Notes: a model not told the origin generated them from the letters alone. A stretch of 64,000 bases of DNA from an uncultured Actinomycetes bacterium (GCA_963790695.1 CAWBPX010000013.1:130121-194120); one strand, 5' to 3'; shown: positions 18,668 to 26,924, counted from the stretch's first letter. Program-made: numbers and translations.

Positions 18668-19475
18668 GCCGACCTACCCGTCGCCGTCGTCGCCCGACGA
18701 GCTCGGCTTCGAGAAGATCGTCTACGAGAAGGCTCCGCCGCGGGCGACGATCACGCTCAACCGCCCGGAGATCCTGAACGCGTTCGACTTCCAGATGCTC
18801 CGGGAGCTCGCTCGCGCCTGCGAGGACGCGTCGTGGGACGACGAGATCCGAGTCGTCGTGCTCACCGGCGCGGGGCGGGCGTTCTGCGTCGGCGCCGATC
18901 TCAGCTCCTGGGCGGAGGACTACCTCGACAAGCCGACCGAGTACTGGAAGTGGTTCGGCGCGTTCAAGGACGCGCACGACCGGCTGCGCGAGATCGGGAA
19001 GCCGACGGTCGCGCGCATCAACGGGATCGCGGTCGGCGGCGGCAACGAGCTGCAGATGGCGTGCGACCTCGCGGTCATGGTCGACGACGCGTTCATCCGG
19101 CACGTGGGGCCCGAGCACGGCTCGGTGCCGGCGGGAGGCGCGACGCAGTGGCTGACGATCATGGTCGGCGACCGGCGCGCGCGCGAGATCGTCCTCATGT
19201 GCGAGGAGATCCCGGCCGCGAAGGCCGAGGAGTGGGGCCTCGTGAACCGGGTCGTGCCCGCAGCCGACCTCGACGCGGAGGTCGACCGGATGGTCGAGAA
19301 CCTCGCCCGGAAGCTGCCGCAGACGACCCGCTACGCGAAGCAGCACCTGAACTTCTGGCGCGACCTCGCCTGGCACGAGACGATCAACCACGCCCGCGAC
19401 TGGCTCGCGCTGTCGATGGCGACCGAGGAGCCGCAGGCCGCGATCAAGCGCTTCCTCGAGCGGAAGAGTGAGTGA
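18660..19475 (+). CDS. Enoyl-CoA hydratase/isomerase (crotonase) family protein
   Basis: TTG 18660 in the frame of ORF 18504..19475. Motifs VVLTGAGRAFCVGADL and GIAVGGGNELQMACD. Confidence 0.8.
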   Translation: MTEPTYPSPSSPDELGFEKIVYEKAPPRATITLNRPEILNAFDFQMLRELARACEDASWDDEIRVVVLTGAGRAFCVGADLSSWAEDYLDKPTEYWKWFGAFKDAHDRLREIGKPTVARINGIAVGGGNELQMACDLAVMVDDAFIRHVGPEHGSVPAGGATQWLTIMVGDRRAREIVLMCEEIPAAKAEEWGLVNRVVPAADLDAEVDRMVENLARKLPQTTRYAKQHLNFWRDLAWHETINHARDWLALSMATEEPQAAIKRFLERKSE

Positions 19476-20238
19476 CCTCGTCCTCACCGAGCGCGACGGC
19501 CCGGTCGCCGTCGTCACGCTCAACCGGCCCGACGCGCTGAACGCGCTCTCGGACGAGCTCATGGAGCAGCTCGTCTCGACGCTGCAGGGCTTCGACCGCG
19601 ACGACGAGGTGCGCTGCATCGTGCTCGGCGGGAGCGACAAGGCGTTCGCCGCGGGCGCGGACATCGGTGAGCTCGCGCGCTCGTCGGCGATCGATCTCTA
19701 CTACCAGCGGCGGATCGAGCGCTGGGACGCGATCCGCGGGCTCTGGACGCCGCTCGTCGCGGCGGTCTCGGGGTACTGCCTCGGCGGCGGCTGCGAGCTG
19801 GCGCTGGCGTGCGACCTGATCGTCGCGTCGGAGTCGGCGAAGTTCGGCCAGCCGGAGACCGGCGTCGGCGTGATCCCAGGCGCGGGCGGGACGCAGCGGC
19901 TGACGCGGGCGGTCGGCAAGGCGCTCGCGATGGACGTGATCCTCAGCGGGCGGTTCCTCTCGGCGGAGGAAGCGCTGGCCGCGGGCCTGGTCGCCCGGGT
20001 CGTCCCGGACGGCGAATGGCTCGACGAGGCGAAGCGGGTCGCCCAGGAGATCGCGTCGAAGGCGCCGATCGCGACGCGGCTGGCGAAGGAGGGCGTCGAC
20101 CGGGCGTACGAGGGGCCGCTCCAGCTCGGGCTCGAGTACGAGCGGCGGCTGCTCTACCTGGCGTTCGCCTCGGAGGACACGAAGGAAGGCCTGACCGCGT
20201 TCATGGAAAAGCGCAAGCCCGAGTGGAAGAACCGCTGA
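19468..20238 (+). CDS. Enoyl-CoA hydratase (PaaF/short-chain type)
   Basis: Complete ORF. Motifs VTLNRPDALNAL, GGSDKAFAAGADI and GYCLGGGCELALACD. Confidence 0.85.
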   Translation: MSDLVLTERDGPVAVVTLNRPDALNALSDELMEQLVSTLQGFDRDDEVRCIVLGGSDKAFAAGADIGELARSSAIDLYYQRRIERWDAIRGLWTPLVAAVSGYCLGGGCELALACDLIVASESAKFGQPETGVGVIPGAGGTQRLTRAVGKALAMDVILSGRFLSAEEALAAGLVARVVPDGEWLDEAKRVAQEIASKAPIATRLAKEGVDRAYEGPLQLGLEYERRLLYLAFASEDTKEGLTAFMEKRKPEWKNR

Positions 20239-21010
20239 TGGCCGAGGTCGAGACCCAGCGCGACGGCGCGGTCCTCACGATCACGCTCAACCGCCCGGAC
20301 GTCCTGAACGCGTTCAACGCCGCGATGCACCAGGCGCTAGGCGCGGCGCTGCGAGGAGGCTGAAGACGCGTCGGTGCGCGCGGTCGTGCTCACCGGAGCC
20401 GGACGCGGCTTTTGCGTCGGCCAGGACCTGACCGAGTTCCGCGAGTCGCCCGGCGACATCGGCGACCGGTTGCGGAGCAACTACCACCCGAACGTGCTCG
20501 CGATCCGGCGGCTCGAGAAGCCGGTGATCGCGGCGGTCAACGGCGCCGCGGCCGGCGCGGGCCTCTCGTTCGCCTGCGCATGCGATCTGCGCATCGCGGC
20601 GGACTCGGCGAGCTTCGTCCCGGCCTTCATCAACATCGGGCTCGTCCCGGACTCGGGCGGCACGTACTTCATCGCCCATCTCCTCGGCTACCCGCGTGCG
20701 TTCGGGTGGATGACCTCCGGGCACAGGCTCACGGCGGCCGAGGCTCACGCGTGGGGGCTCGTCTCGGAGGTGGTCGAGGCAGATGCGCTTGCCGGCCGCG
20801 CCGCTGCGGTCGCCGCCGAGTACGCGGCGCGCCCGACGCGAGGCGTCGGAATGACGAAGCGCCTCTTCTCGCAGGCCTTCGAGAACACGCTGGAGGAGCA
20901 GCTCGAGGCCGAAGCGGAGCTCCAGACCGCCGCGACTCGAGACGAACGACTTCAAGGAGGGCGTGGCCGCCTTCCTCGAGAAGCGCGACCCGAAGTTCAC
21001 GGGCGCCTAG
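20238..21010 (+). pseudogene. paaG: PaaG-like 1,2-epoxyphenylacetyl-CoA isomerase / enoyl-CoA hydratase, two frameshifts
   Basis: ATG 20238 overlaps the preceding TGA. MAEVETQRDGAVLTITLNRPDVLNAFN. Then ORF 20374 (VVLTGAGRGFCVGQDL...). Then a third frame (FKEGVAAFLEKRDPKFTGA) to TAG 21008-21010. Shifts near 20350 and 20940. Confidence 0.75.
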
Positions 21011-21921
21011 GCCGCGCCGCAGGCCCCGCAGTGCGACGCGCCGACGCGGCGCGGCTGGTCGCAGCGTGCGCAGGGGGCGAGCACGTCACGGCCGCACCCC
21101 TCGCAGTGTGGGTTGTCGCGAACCGGGTAGCCGCAGAACGGGCACTCGCGCCTCCGCACGCGGCGTCCGGGAAGCCGTTTGGCGAGGTATCGCTGCAGTG
21201 CGACGAAGGCGAGCAGCGTGAGCACGATCCCGGCGATCGAGAGCACGAATGGCCCGAGGTCGAGCGGGTCGAAGTAGTCCGTCAGGTAATCCGTCGCCAT
21301 CACGAACGCGAGGACGGCCGCGTATCCGACGAACGCGATCCCGACCGGGTAGTAGCGGGAGCCCCGCCTTCTCAGCCGGGCGAGCAGCCAGTACCCGAAG
21401 AGCAGGTTCGCGAGCACCCACGCGAGCCGGAGCGCGAATGCGAGCAGCTCGCGCTTGTGGACGCGGCCGGATTGGACCTGGGCGATGTGACGCTCGGCGC
21501 TGGTTGCCGCAGGCTGTGCCCGGGCGACGTCGGTCTTCGCCTCGACCACGTTCTGCCGCGCCCGCGCGTACCGCTTCCGTGCGCTGTCGTACGCCACGCC
21601 GAGCCGGGTCGCCTCGGCCCGGTGCGCTTCGAGCGCCGTGCGGTACGCCTCGCGCTTCAGCTCGAGATTGTCTCGGGCATTGGCAGCGGCGACCTGAGCT
21701 CGGGAGAGCTGACCCTGGGCGGATCGCAGCTCGTTGACGGCAGCCTGCTCGGCGGGGGTTCCCCGGTACGAGATGTCGGGCGGCGAGGTCGTCTTGACGG
21801 CGTCGCCGATCTTCACGTACACCCAGATCCCGCCGATCAGGAGGAAGAGCGCGAGGACGAGCGACAGCAGCTTCTCGCCGTTGGTCGTCTGAATCTCCTC
21901 GACGTCGACGCGCGTGCTCAT
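21007..21921 (-). CDS. Membrane protein with long coiled-coil segment and C-terminal double zinc ribbon
   Basis: ATG 21921 (residue 96 of ORF 21007..22206). One TM (LLSLVLALFLLIGGIWVYV), an Ala/Arg-rich helical stretch of about 110 aa, three more TM segments, then CPFCGYPV-x5-CEGCG-x8-CARC-x10-CGACG. Confidence 0.65.
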   Translation of the reverse strand: MSTRVDVEEIQTTNGEKLLSLVLALFLLIGGIWVYVKIGDAVKTTSPPDISYRGTPAEQAAVNELRSAQGQLSRAQVAAANARDNLELKREAYRTALEAHRAEATRLGVAYDSARKRYARARQNVVEAKTDVARAQPAATSAERHIAQVQSGRVHKRELLAFALRLAWVLANLLFGYWLLARLRRRGSRYYPVGIAFVGYAAVLAFVMATDYLTDYFDPLDLGPFVLSIAGIVLTLLAFVALQRYLAKRLPGRRVRRRECPFCGYPVRDNPHCEGCGRDVLAPCARCDQPRRVGASHCGACGAA

Positions 21922-22206
21922 TCGGCCTCCCTCTTCGTGCGCGGTCGGAGCTCCACGATCAGCTCGCAGTCGAGCGCTTCGGCGATGCGGAGCAAGCGTG
22001 TCGATCCGCGGCGGCCGGCCGCCCGACTCGAGGCGCGCGATCGCCGACTGCGTCGTGCCGGTCAGCTCGGCGAGCTCCTTCTGCGACAGGCCGAGTGCCT
22101 TGCGCTGCGAAGTGACCTGGTCGGCCACGCGCGCGAAGAACCACCCCTGGTCGGGGTCGACGTGGGCGAGTCGCTCGCGAAGCTTCTCGAAGGTGTCAGG
22201 GCTCAT
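21918..22206 (-). pseudogene. XRE-family helix-turn-helix regulator, one frameshift
   Basis: QRKALGLSQKELAELTGTTQSAIARLESGGRPP. After a 1-nt shift near 21990 the expected tail IDTLLRIAEALDCELIVELRPRTKREAE ends at a TGA that forms an ATGA overlap with the next gene. Confidence 0.75.
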
Positions 22207-22278
22207 ATCGCAGCGACTGCGATAATAGCAAAGACGCTATTGACGATGCTATCTCACGTCTGCTATGGATAGCAAAGA
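22206..22278. promoter_or_regulatory. XRE promoter/operator region
   Basis: AT-rich island. 8-3-8 palindrome TATCGCAG-cga-CTGCGATA (22206-22224) abuts the XRE start codon. Direct repeats ATAGCAAAGA at 22225-22234 and 22269-22278. TTGACG (22240-22245), N18, TATGGA (22264-22269) on the + strand. TATTAT on the - strand. Confidence 0.55.
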
Positions 22279-22391
22279 TGAGATACCGCAGCCCTCGGCT
22301 CGAACAGCATGTTCGGCGCAGCGCTCGATTGCGAGCCCCGTTCCTCATTGGCGACGCTGCTACGGCGCGTTGACGCGCATGCGGATCGTGC

Positions 22392-22580
22392 TTGTCTGCG
22401 CTGCCCGGACTCGCCATCGCAACCGTCTACTGGGTCGCCGTCGGCTGGAGCGGCGATGACTACGACATCGGCCGGACGGGTCTCGTCCTCTTGACGGCGT
22501 TCTTCGGCGTCGCGTTCGTTTCGCTCTGGGTCGTCGGATCGGTGGTCGGCCGGCTGTTCCGATTGGGACTCGAGCGGTGA
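22392..22580 (+). CDS. Small hypothetical membrane protein (62 aa)
   Basis: ORF with TTG start and two hydrophobic segments (LAIATVYWVAVGW, LVLLTAFFGVAFVSLWVVGSVVG). It may be the tail of a longer frameshifted gene starting near 22265. Confidence 0.4.
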   Translation: MSALPGLAIATVYWVAVGWSGDDYDIGRTGLVLLTAFFGVAFVSLWVVGSVVGRLFRLGLER

Positions 22581-23043
22581 GTCGCCTCAGATTCCTCGAC
22601 GATTGCCGTTCTGCTCGTCGTCGTGGGCGCACCGCGTATGAGGCCGCGGTCGCGCTCGAGTGGATCCAGTCGGGACCGAGCCCGGTGAAAGCGCCCGGTT
22701 CGAGGGCTTCGTGATGTCGTTGGCGTCATCGCGCTCGCTGCGGGCTTCGTCGCTCGCTCGCCCTTGCGGCGCGGAATCGCCGGAGCCGCCCGGGCAGCAC
22801 TGTTCGCGCCAGCTGCTGCCGCGCTGATGGTCGCACGCTACTACACGTTCGACACCTACTACCTGCCGACATGACTCGATACTCGGAGGGCGTGATCTCG
22901 TCGACCTGGGTCTACGGACTTGCGCTCGCCAGCGCTCTCGCCGCGCTCTCGAGTTCGCGATGCCCAGATTCGGCTTTGTGATCGCGGCGGTGGTGATCTT
23001 CGTCTGCCTCGTCACGACGATCGCCTTCGGCATCGGCAAGTAG
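22577..23043 (+). pseudogene. Degraded multi-TM membrane protein gene (at least three frame breaks)
   Basis: Hydrophobic coding-like pieces occur in all three + frames (IAVLLVVVGA; DVVGVIALAAGFVA...AALMVARYYTFDTYYLPT; STWVYGLALASALAAL; FAMPRFGFVIAAVVIFVCLVTTIAFGIGK then TAG 23041-23043). Confidence 0.3.
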
Positions 23044-23281
23044 CGTCGGCTTCGACTGAAGCTAGCCGAGTAGCGCGCAGAATCTCCGCGGCGTCCGGAA
23101 ATCGGCCCTGCTCCTGCTTCGAGAAGAGCACCTTCCCGTCGGCGAGCACGTCGTACTGGCCCTTCGACCCTTCCTCGATCGTGGCGTCGTGCCCCGCCTG
23201 GTTCAACTCGGCCGCGAGACTCGCAGCCCGCACGTCATACGACTCTCAGACGGGGCAGTACTGGATCAGAACCTTGGCCAC
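23012..23281 (-). CDS. SelW-like / Rdx-family redox protein with in-frame TGA (putative selenocysteine, CPVU motif)
   Basis: The ORF track starts at GTG 23233. Reading on upstream in frame gives GTG(23281) AKVLIQYCPV-TGA(23246-23248)-ESYD joined to VRAASLAAELNQAG...EGSKGQYDVLADGKVLFSKQEQGRFPDAAEIL. That is the Rdx/SelW pattern IEYCxx(C/U)...RAxWxxxEL...GxFEVxVDGxLxFSKxxxGRFPE. The C-terminal end may be shifted: a TAG at about 23056 lies in another frame. Confidence 0.65.
23210..23228 (-). other. SECIS-like hairpin downstream of the in-frame UGA
   Basis: mRNA GGCUGCGA-GUC-UCGCGGCC: 8 bp including one G-U pair, with a GUC apical loop. It starts 17 nt after the UGA. The apex GCGAGUCUCGC resembles the E. 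coli fdhF SECIS apex GCAGGUCUGC as I recall it. Confidence 0.5.
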
Positions 23282-23332
23282 GAGAGAAACCTACATTGAC
23301 GCGCGACGCCCGACGGCGGATCATCGGAGCCG

Positions 23333-23713
23333 GTGAGCAGTAGCGCCGAGATCGTCGCCTGGACGTGCTTCGTGGTCGGGATCGTCCTCCTGGTCGCGGG
23401 GGTCGTGATCGGGCTGGCTCTGACCTTCCGGAAGGCGACGAAGCAGGTCGAGCACAAGATGCGGCAGGTGCGGCACAAGGTCGACGAGCTCAAGGACACC
23501 GCTGTCAGCGGGTCGATGAGCGCACGGGCCGACGATCATGCCGCCGCGACTGCCGAGGCGAAGGCGGGCGAGGTGAAGAGCGCCCTCGACGAGGTCAGCG
23601 GGATCGTCGCCGCGCTCCCGGAGAACCTGCGCTTCGCGGGGCTCCTCATTCTCGTCGGAGCAGCCCTGATGAGCGTCGCGACCGTCCAGTTCGGCGGCCA
23701 CTCGATCTTCTAG
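23333..23713 (+). CDS. Hypothetical membrane protein (N- and C-terminal TM segments)
   Basis: Complete ORF with GTG start. TTGACG (23296-23301), N17, GATCAT (23319-23324) lie directly upstream. Confidence 0.55.
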   Translation: MSSSAEIVAWTCFVVGIVLLVAGVVIGLALTFRKATKQVEHKMRQVRHKVDELKDTAVSGSMSARADDHAAATAEAKAGEVKSALDEVSGIVAALPENLRFAGLLILVGAALMSVATVQFGGHSIF

Positions 23714-23724
23714 CGTCGCGTGCG

Positions 23725-24210
23725 CTAGATCGTCTTGAACTGCTCGAACGGCTGGCGGCAGCTCTCGCAGTAGCGCACCGAGCGGCACGGCGTCGGGCCG
23801 AAGATGTTCTCCAGCCGCGTCTCCGTCGAGCCGCAGTACGGGCACTTGAACGACTTGCTCTGCAGCTGGACGAGCTGCGGCGCGCCCGCCTCGCGCGGAG
23901 CCGGCGGGGCGAAGCCGGCGGCGCGGAGCTTCTCGCGGCCCTCGGGCGTGATCCGGTCCGTCGACCACGAGTCGTCGAGGATCACCTCGACCTCGGGCTC
24001 GGCGCCGAGCTCGCGGATCCGGTCGGCCATCTGGTCGCGCATCACCTCGAGCGCGGGGCAGCCGAGGAAGGTCGGCGTGAACTCCACGTGAACCGTCCCG
24101 TTCTCGACCGCGACGCTGCGCACGACTCCGAGGTCGACGATCGAGATCGGCGGGATCTCCGGGTCCGGGATCTCGGCCAGCGCCTCCCAGACGCGTTCCT
24201 CGGTTACCAC
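23725..24210 (-). CDS. paaD: Phenylacetate-CoA oxygenase subunit PaaD (PaaJ in some nomenclature)
   Basis: GTG 24210 (residue 190 of fused ORF 23725..24777). EIPDPEIPPISIVDLGVV (MIP18/SUF-B-like) plus the C-terminal CPYCGS...CESC zinc ribbon. Confidence 0.85.
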   Translation of the reverse strand: MVTEERVWEALAEIPDPEIPPISIVDLGVVRSVAVENGTVHVEFTPTFLGCPALEVMRDQMADRIRELGAEPEVEVILDDSWSTDRITPEGREKLRAAGFAPPAPREAGAPQLVQLQSKSFKCPYCGSTETRLENIFGPTPCRSVRYCESCRQPFEQFKTI

Positions 24211-24777
24211 GTCGCTCCCGCGACCGAGCGGCGCACCTCGGTCATCTCGTTCCAGAGCTGCTCGAACTCGGGCACGTGCTCCTCGCCGGTGGTCGACGAG
24301 CGGCCTCAGCTCCTCGAGCGCCTCCTGGAAGCGCGGCTCGTCCTGGAGGCGGTCGAACCACATCTTCGCGTGCATCCGGTGGTACGCCTCCTCGCGGTCG
24401 ATCTTCGCGGCGAGGCCCGCGACCTCCGCGTCGTCGGACTCCATCAGCTCCTTGATCCGCCGCTCGTCCGCGTCCTCGTAGAGGCAGTGGCGCGCGATCG
24501 TCCTCGCCCAGTCGGGGACGAGCCGGAGCTCGACGAAGTGCGAGCAGCGGTACTCCTCGGGCTTGCGGTCGAACGCGAGCTCGTCGGCCGTCGTCCCGAG
24601 CTCGTCCGCGACGAGCTGGTAGAGCGCCCGGGCGTGGCCGATCTCGTTCTGCGCGATGGACGAGAAGGCCACGTCCTCCTCGAGGAACGGCGCGATGCCC
24701 GTCCACTCGGAGTTCCGCCAGCCGAGGATCAGCTCGTCGTCAGCGATCGGCAGGAGCAGCTGTTCCCGCTCGCTCAC
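24204..24777 (-). pseudogene. paaC: Phenylacetate-CoA oxygenase subunit PaaC, one frameshift
   Basis: GTG 24777 follows AAGGAGG. LILGWRNSEWTGIAP...NEIGHARALY. After a shift near 24291 the tail TGEEHVPEFEQLWNEMTEVRRSVAGATW ends at TAA 24204-24206, overlapping the paaD GTG. Confidence 0.8.
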
Positions 24778-25027
24778 GTGCCTCCTTCAGCTTCTCCTTG
24801 AGCGGATAGCCGTCGACGCGGTGGTAGTTCCGCTCCAGCTCGTCGACGAACTCGTCGATCTCGTGCACGGCCGAGCGCGGGACGACCCAGAGCGCGACCG
24901 ACTCGCCTCGCCGGCCGAACTGCTCGCGGGCGTACCACTCGCCGTACTCGTCGTTCGGGGCCTCGACCGAGCCCGCGTGCGTGAAGGGCTGGCCCTTGCG
25001 CTCCTGCCTGAAGACTTCGTAGATCAC
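24740..25027 (-). CDS. paaB: Phenylacetate-CoA oxygenase subunit PaaB
   Basis: GTG 25027 (GTGA overlap with the paaA stop). IYEVFRQERKGQPFTHAGSVEAPNDEYGEWYAREQFGRRGESVALWVV. It overlaps the paaC start by 38 nt. Confidence 0.8.
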   Translation of the reverse strand: MIYEVFRQERKGQPFTHAGSVEAPNDEYGEWYAREQFGRRGESVALWVVPRSAVHEIDEFVDELERNYHRVDGYPLKEKLKEARERAGTAAPADR

Positions 25028-25925
25028 GCCGCTTCGGCGAGCACCGCGCGCCGGACCCACTCGGTCTCGTCGCGCGTCGTGCGGCGAAGGTCGAGCCGCT
25101 CTTCGGTCTTCGGGCCGTGGCCGGTGACGACGTGCTTGAGCTCGTCCCAGTCGGGCTCGCGAGAACTCCCAGACGCCGTCGTCGTTCTTCCGCAGGTTCG
25201 GGTCCGGAACCGTCAGCCCGAGCTCCCAGATCTGCGGCACGTAGCCGTCGAGGAACTGCTGGCGCGCCTCGCCGTTGCCCTGGCTCTTGATCCGCCAGAT
25301 GAACATCGGGTCGTCTTCCTTCGGGATCGGGTTCCCGTGGAACTGCATCAGCGGGCCCCACCAGCGGTCGAGCGCCTCCTGGACGAGCTCTCGCTGCTCG
25401 TCGGTGCCGTTCATCATCGTCAGGATCACGTCGCGCCCGTGGAGGATGTGGAACGACTCCTCCCAGCAGATCTTCTTCATGATCCGCGCGTACGGCGCGT
25501 ACGAGCACTTGAGGAGCGCCTTCTGGCTGATGATCGCGGCCGCGTCGACGAGCCACGCGATCACGCCGACGTCGCCCCAGGTCTTCGTCGGGTAGTGGAA
25601 GACGTTGTGGAACTTCGCCTTGCCGGAGATCAGGTCCTCGAGGCAGTGCTCGCGCGGCTTGCCGAGGTCCTCGACGACGCGGTAGATGAGCTGCGAGTGG
25701 CCGACCTCGTCCTGCACCTTCGCGGTGAGGGCGAGCTTGCGCTGGAGGGTCGGCGCGCGGAGGATCCACTCGCGCTCGGGAAGGACGCCCATCAGCTCCG
25801 AGTTGCCGTGCATCTCGATGAACTTGATGAGCTTCGCGCGGTAGTCGTCGGGCATCCAGTCCGAGGTCTCGACCTGGCCGCCGGACTGGACGTACTCGAG
25901 GAATTGTCTGCTCGCGCGCTTCCAT
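25024..25925 (-). pseudogene. paaA: Phenylacetate-CoA oxygenase catalytic subunit PaaA, two frameshifts
   Basis: ATG 25925 (MEAREQT). Shift near 25903 into FLEYVQSGGQVETSDWMPDDYRAKLIKFIEMHGNSELMG...(di-iron EVGH, WEESFH). Shift near 25162 into EPDWDELKHVVTGHGPKTEERL...AVLAEAA, then TGA. Confidence 0.85.
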
Positions 25926-25926
25926 A

Positions 25927-25940
25927 CGAACGATCGTTAG
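25927..25940. promoter_or_regulatory. PaaR-type operator palindrome CGAACGATCGTTAG
   Basis: Perfect palindrome AACGATCGTT in the 27-bp gap between divergent paaA (25925) and paaR (25953). It fits the CNAACGNNCGTTNG consensus reported for Thermus PaaR, as I recall it. Confidence 0.55.
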
Positions 25941-25952
25941 GGTAATCCTACT

Positions 25953-26596
25953 ATGTCCGCTCGCCGGTCGCAGCTAACGCGCGAGGCGGCCCGGCTCTTC
26001 GCCGAGAAGGGCTATCACGGGACCTCGATCGGCGATCTCGCGAAGTCGATGGGCGTGCAGAAGGGCTCGCTCTACGCGCACATCTCGTCCAAGCAGGACC
26101 TGCTCTACGAGACGATGCGGGACGGGGCCGAGGCATTCCACGGCGTGCTCGACGCGATTCCGGACGAGCTGCCTCGCGACGGAGAAGATCCGCCTCGCCC
26201 TGCGCGGGCATCTGCGCGTCGTGGCCGAGCAGCTCGACGTGGCGACGGTGTTCGTGCGCGAGTGGCGCTACCTCGAGGGCGAGCGCCGCGACGAGATCCT
26301 CGCCGAGCGGCGGCGCTACGAGGATCGCGTCCGGGCGCTCTTCGCGCGAGGGGCGCGAGCTGGGTGAGCTGCGCACCGACCTCGACGACTCGACCGCCGC
26401 GCTGCTCACGCTCTCGGCGGCGAACTGGGCGTACACGTGGCTGAAGCCGGGGCGCGACACGGACGAGCTCGCGGACCGCTTCTACGCGCTGCTGATCGAC
26501 GGCATGCGCGGCTACGCGACACCTGACGTGAGCCGTCCGACCGCTGTCGCTGCTCGTCAGCCGCTGGGGCGCCGCGGATCGTCTCCTCCGCGGTAG
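25953..26596 (+). pseudogene. paaR: TetR-family regulator (PaaR-like), two frameshifts
   Basis: HTH REAARLFAEKGYHGTSIGDLAKSMGVQKGSLYAHI. Shifts near 26170 and 26350 restore EKIRLALRGHLRVVAEQLDVATVFVREWRYL... and ELGELRTDLDDSTAALLTLSAANWAYTWLKPG. TAG at 26594-26596. Confidence 0.75.
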
Positions 26597-26914
26597 GTGA
26601 TCGCTTCGATCGTGCGTCCGTCCGGGTCGGTGAAGAAGAGGCCGACCGCGATGCCGTGGTCGCGCTCCTCCGACTCGATGCCCGCCTCGTCGAGGCGCTC
26701 GTTTGATCTCGGCTCGTTCCTCCTCCGACACGCGAACCGCGGTGTGCGGGCCGACCGCGTTCCGCTCGTGCAGCGCGAGGCCCGTGTTGCCGAGGTACGC
26801 CATCACCGGGTGGCCTTCCGCCTTCACGATCCGCGCTCCGAGGATGCGCTCGTAGAACGCCGCCAGGCCGTCCGGATCGTCGGTCGTGAAGGCCACGTGA
26901 TCGATCCGTGCCAT
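26557..26914 (-). pseudogene. VOC (glyoxalase/bleomycin resistance/dioxygenase) family protein, one frameshift
   Basis: MARIDHVAFTTDDPDGLAAFYERILGA. A shift near 26705 restores LDEAGIESEERDHGIAVGLFFTDPDGRTIEAITY. CATAAT lies 7 nt upstream of ATG 26914. Confidence 0.7.
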
Positions 26915-26924
26915 GCTCGGGATT

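Noticed and set aside
22265-22459. ORF starting at ATG 22265, inside the XRE operator region
   Set aside because: Only the first few codons look plausible and the rest is Arg-rich. It may be the frameshifted N-terminus of the 22392..22580 membrane ORF, but I cannot reconstruct it convincingly.
23725-25855. Apparent fusion proteins PaaC-PaaD (ORF 23725..24777) and PaaA-PaaB (ORF 24740..25855)
   Set aside because: Each fusion arises because a 1-nt shift drops the upstream gene into the frame of the downstream gene. The shifted-out frame contains the normal C-terminus, a stop codon, and a GTG overlapping that stop.
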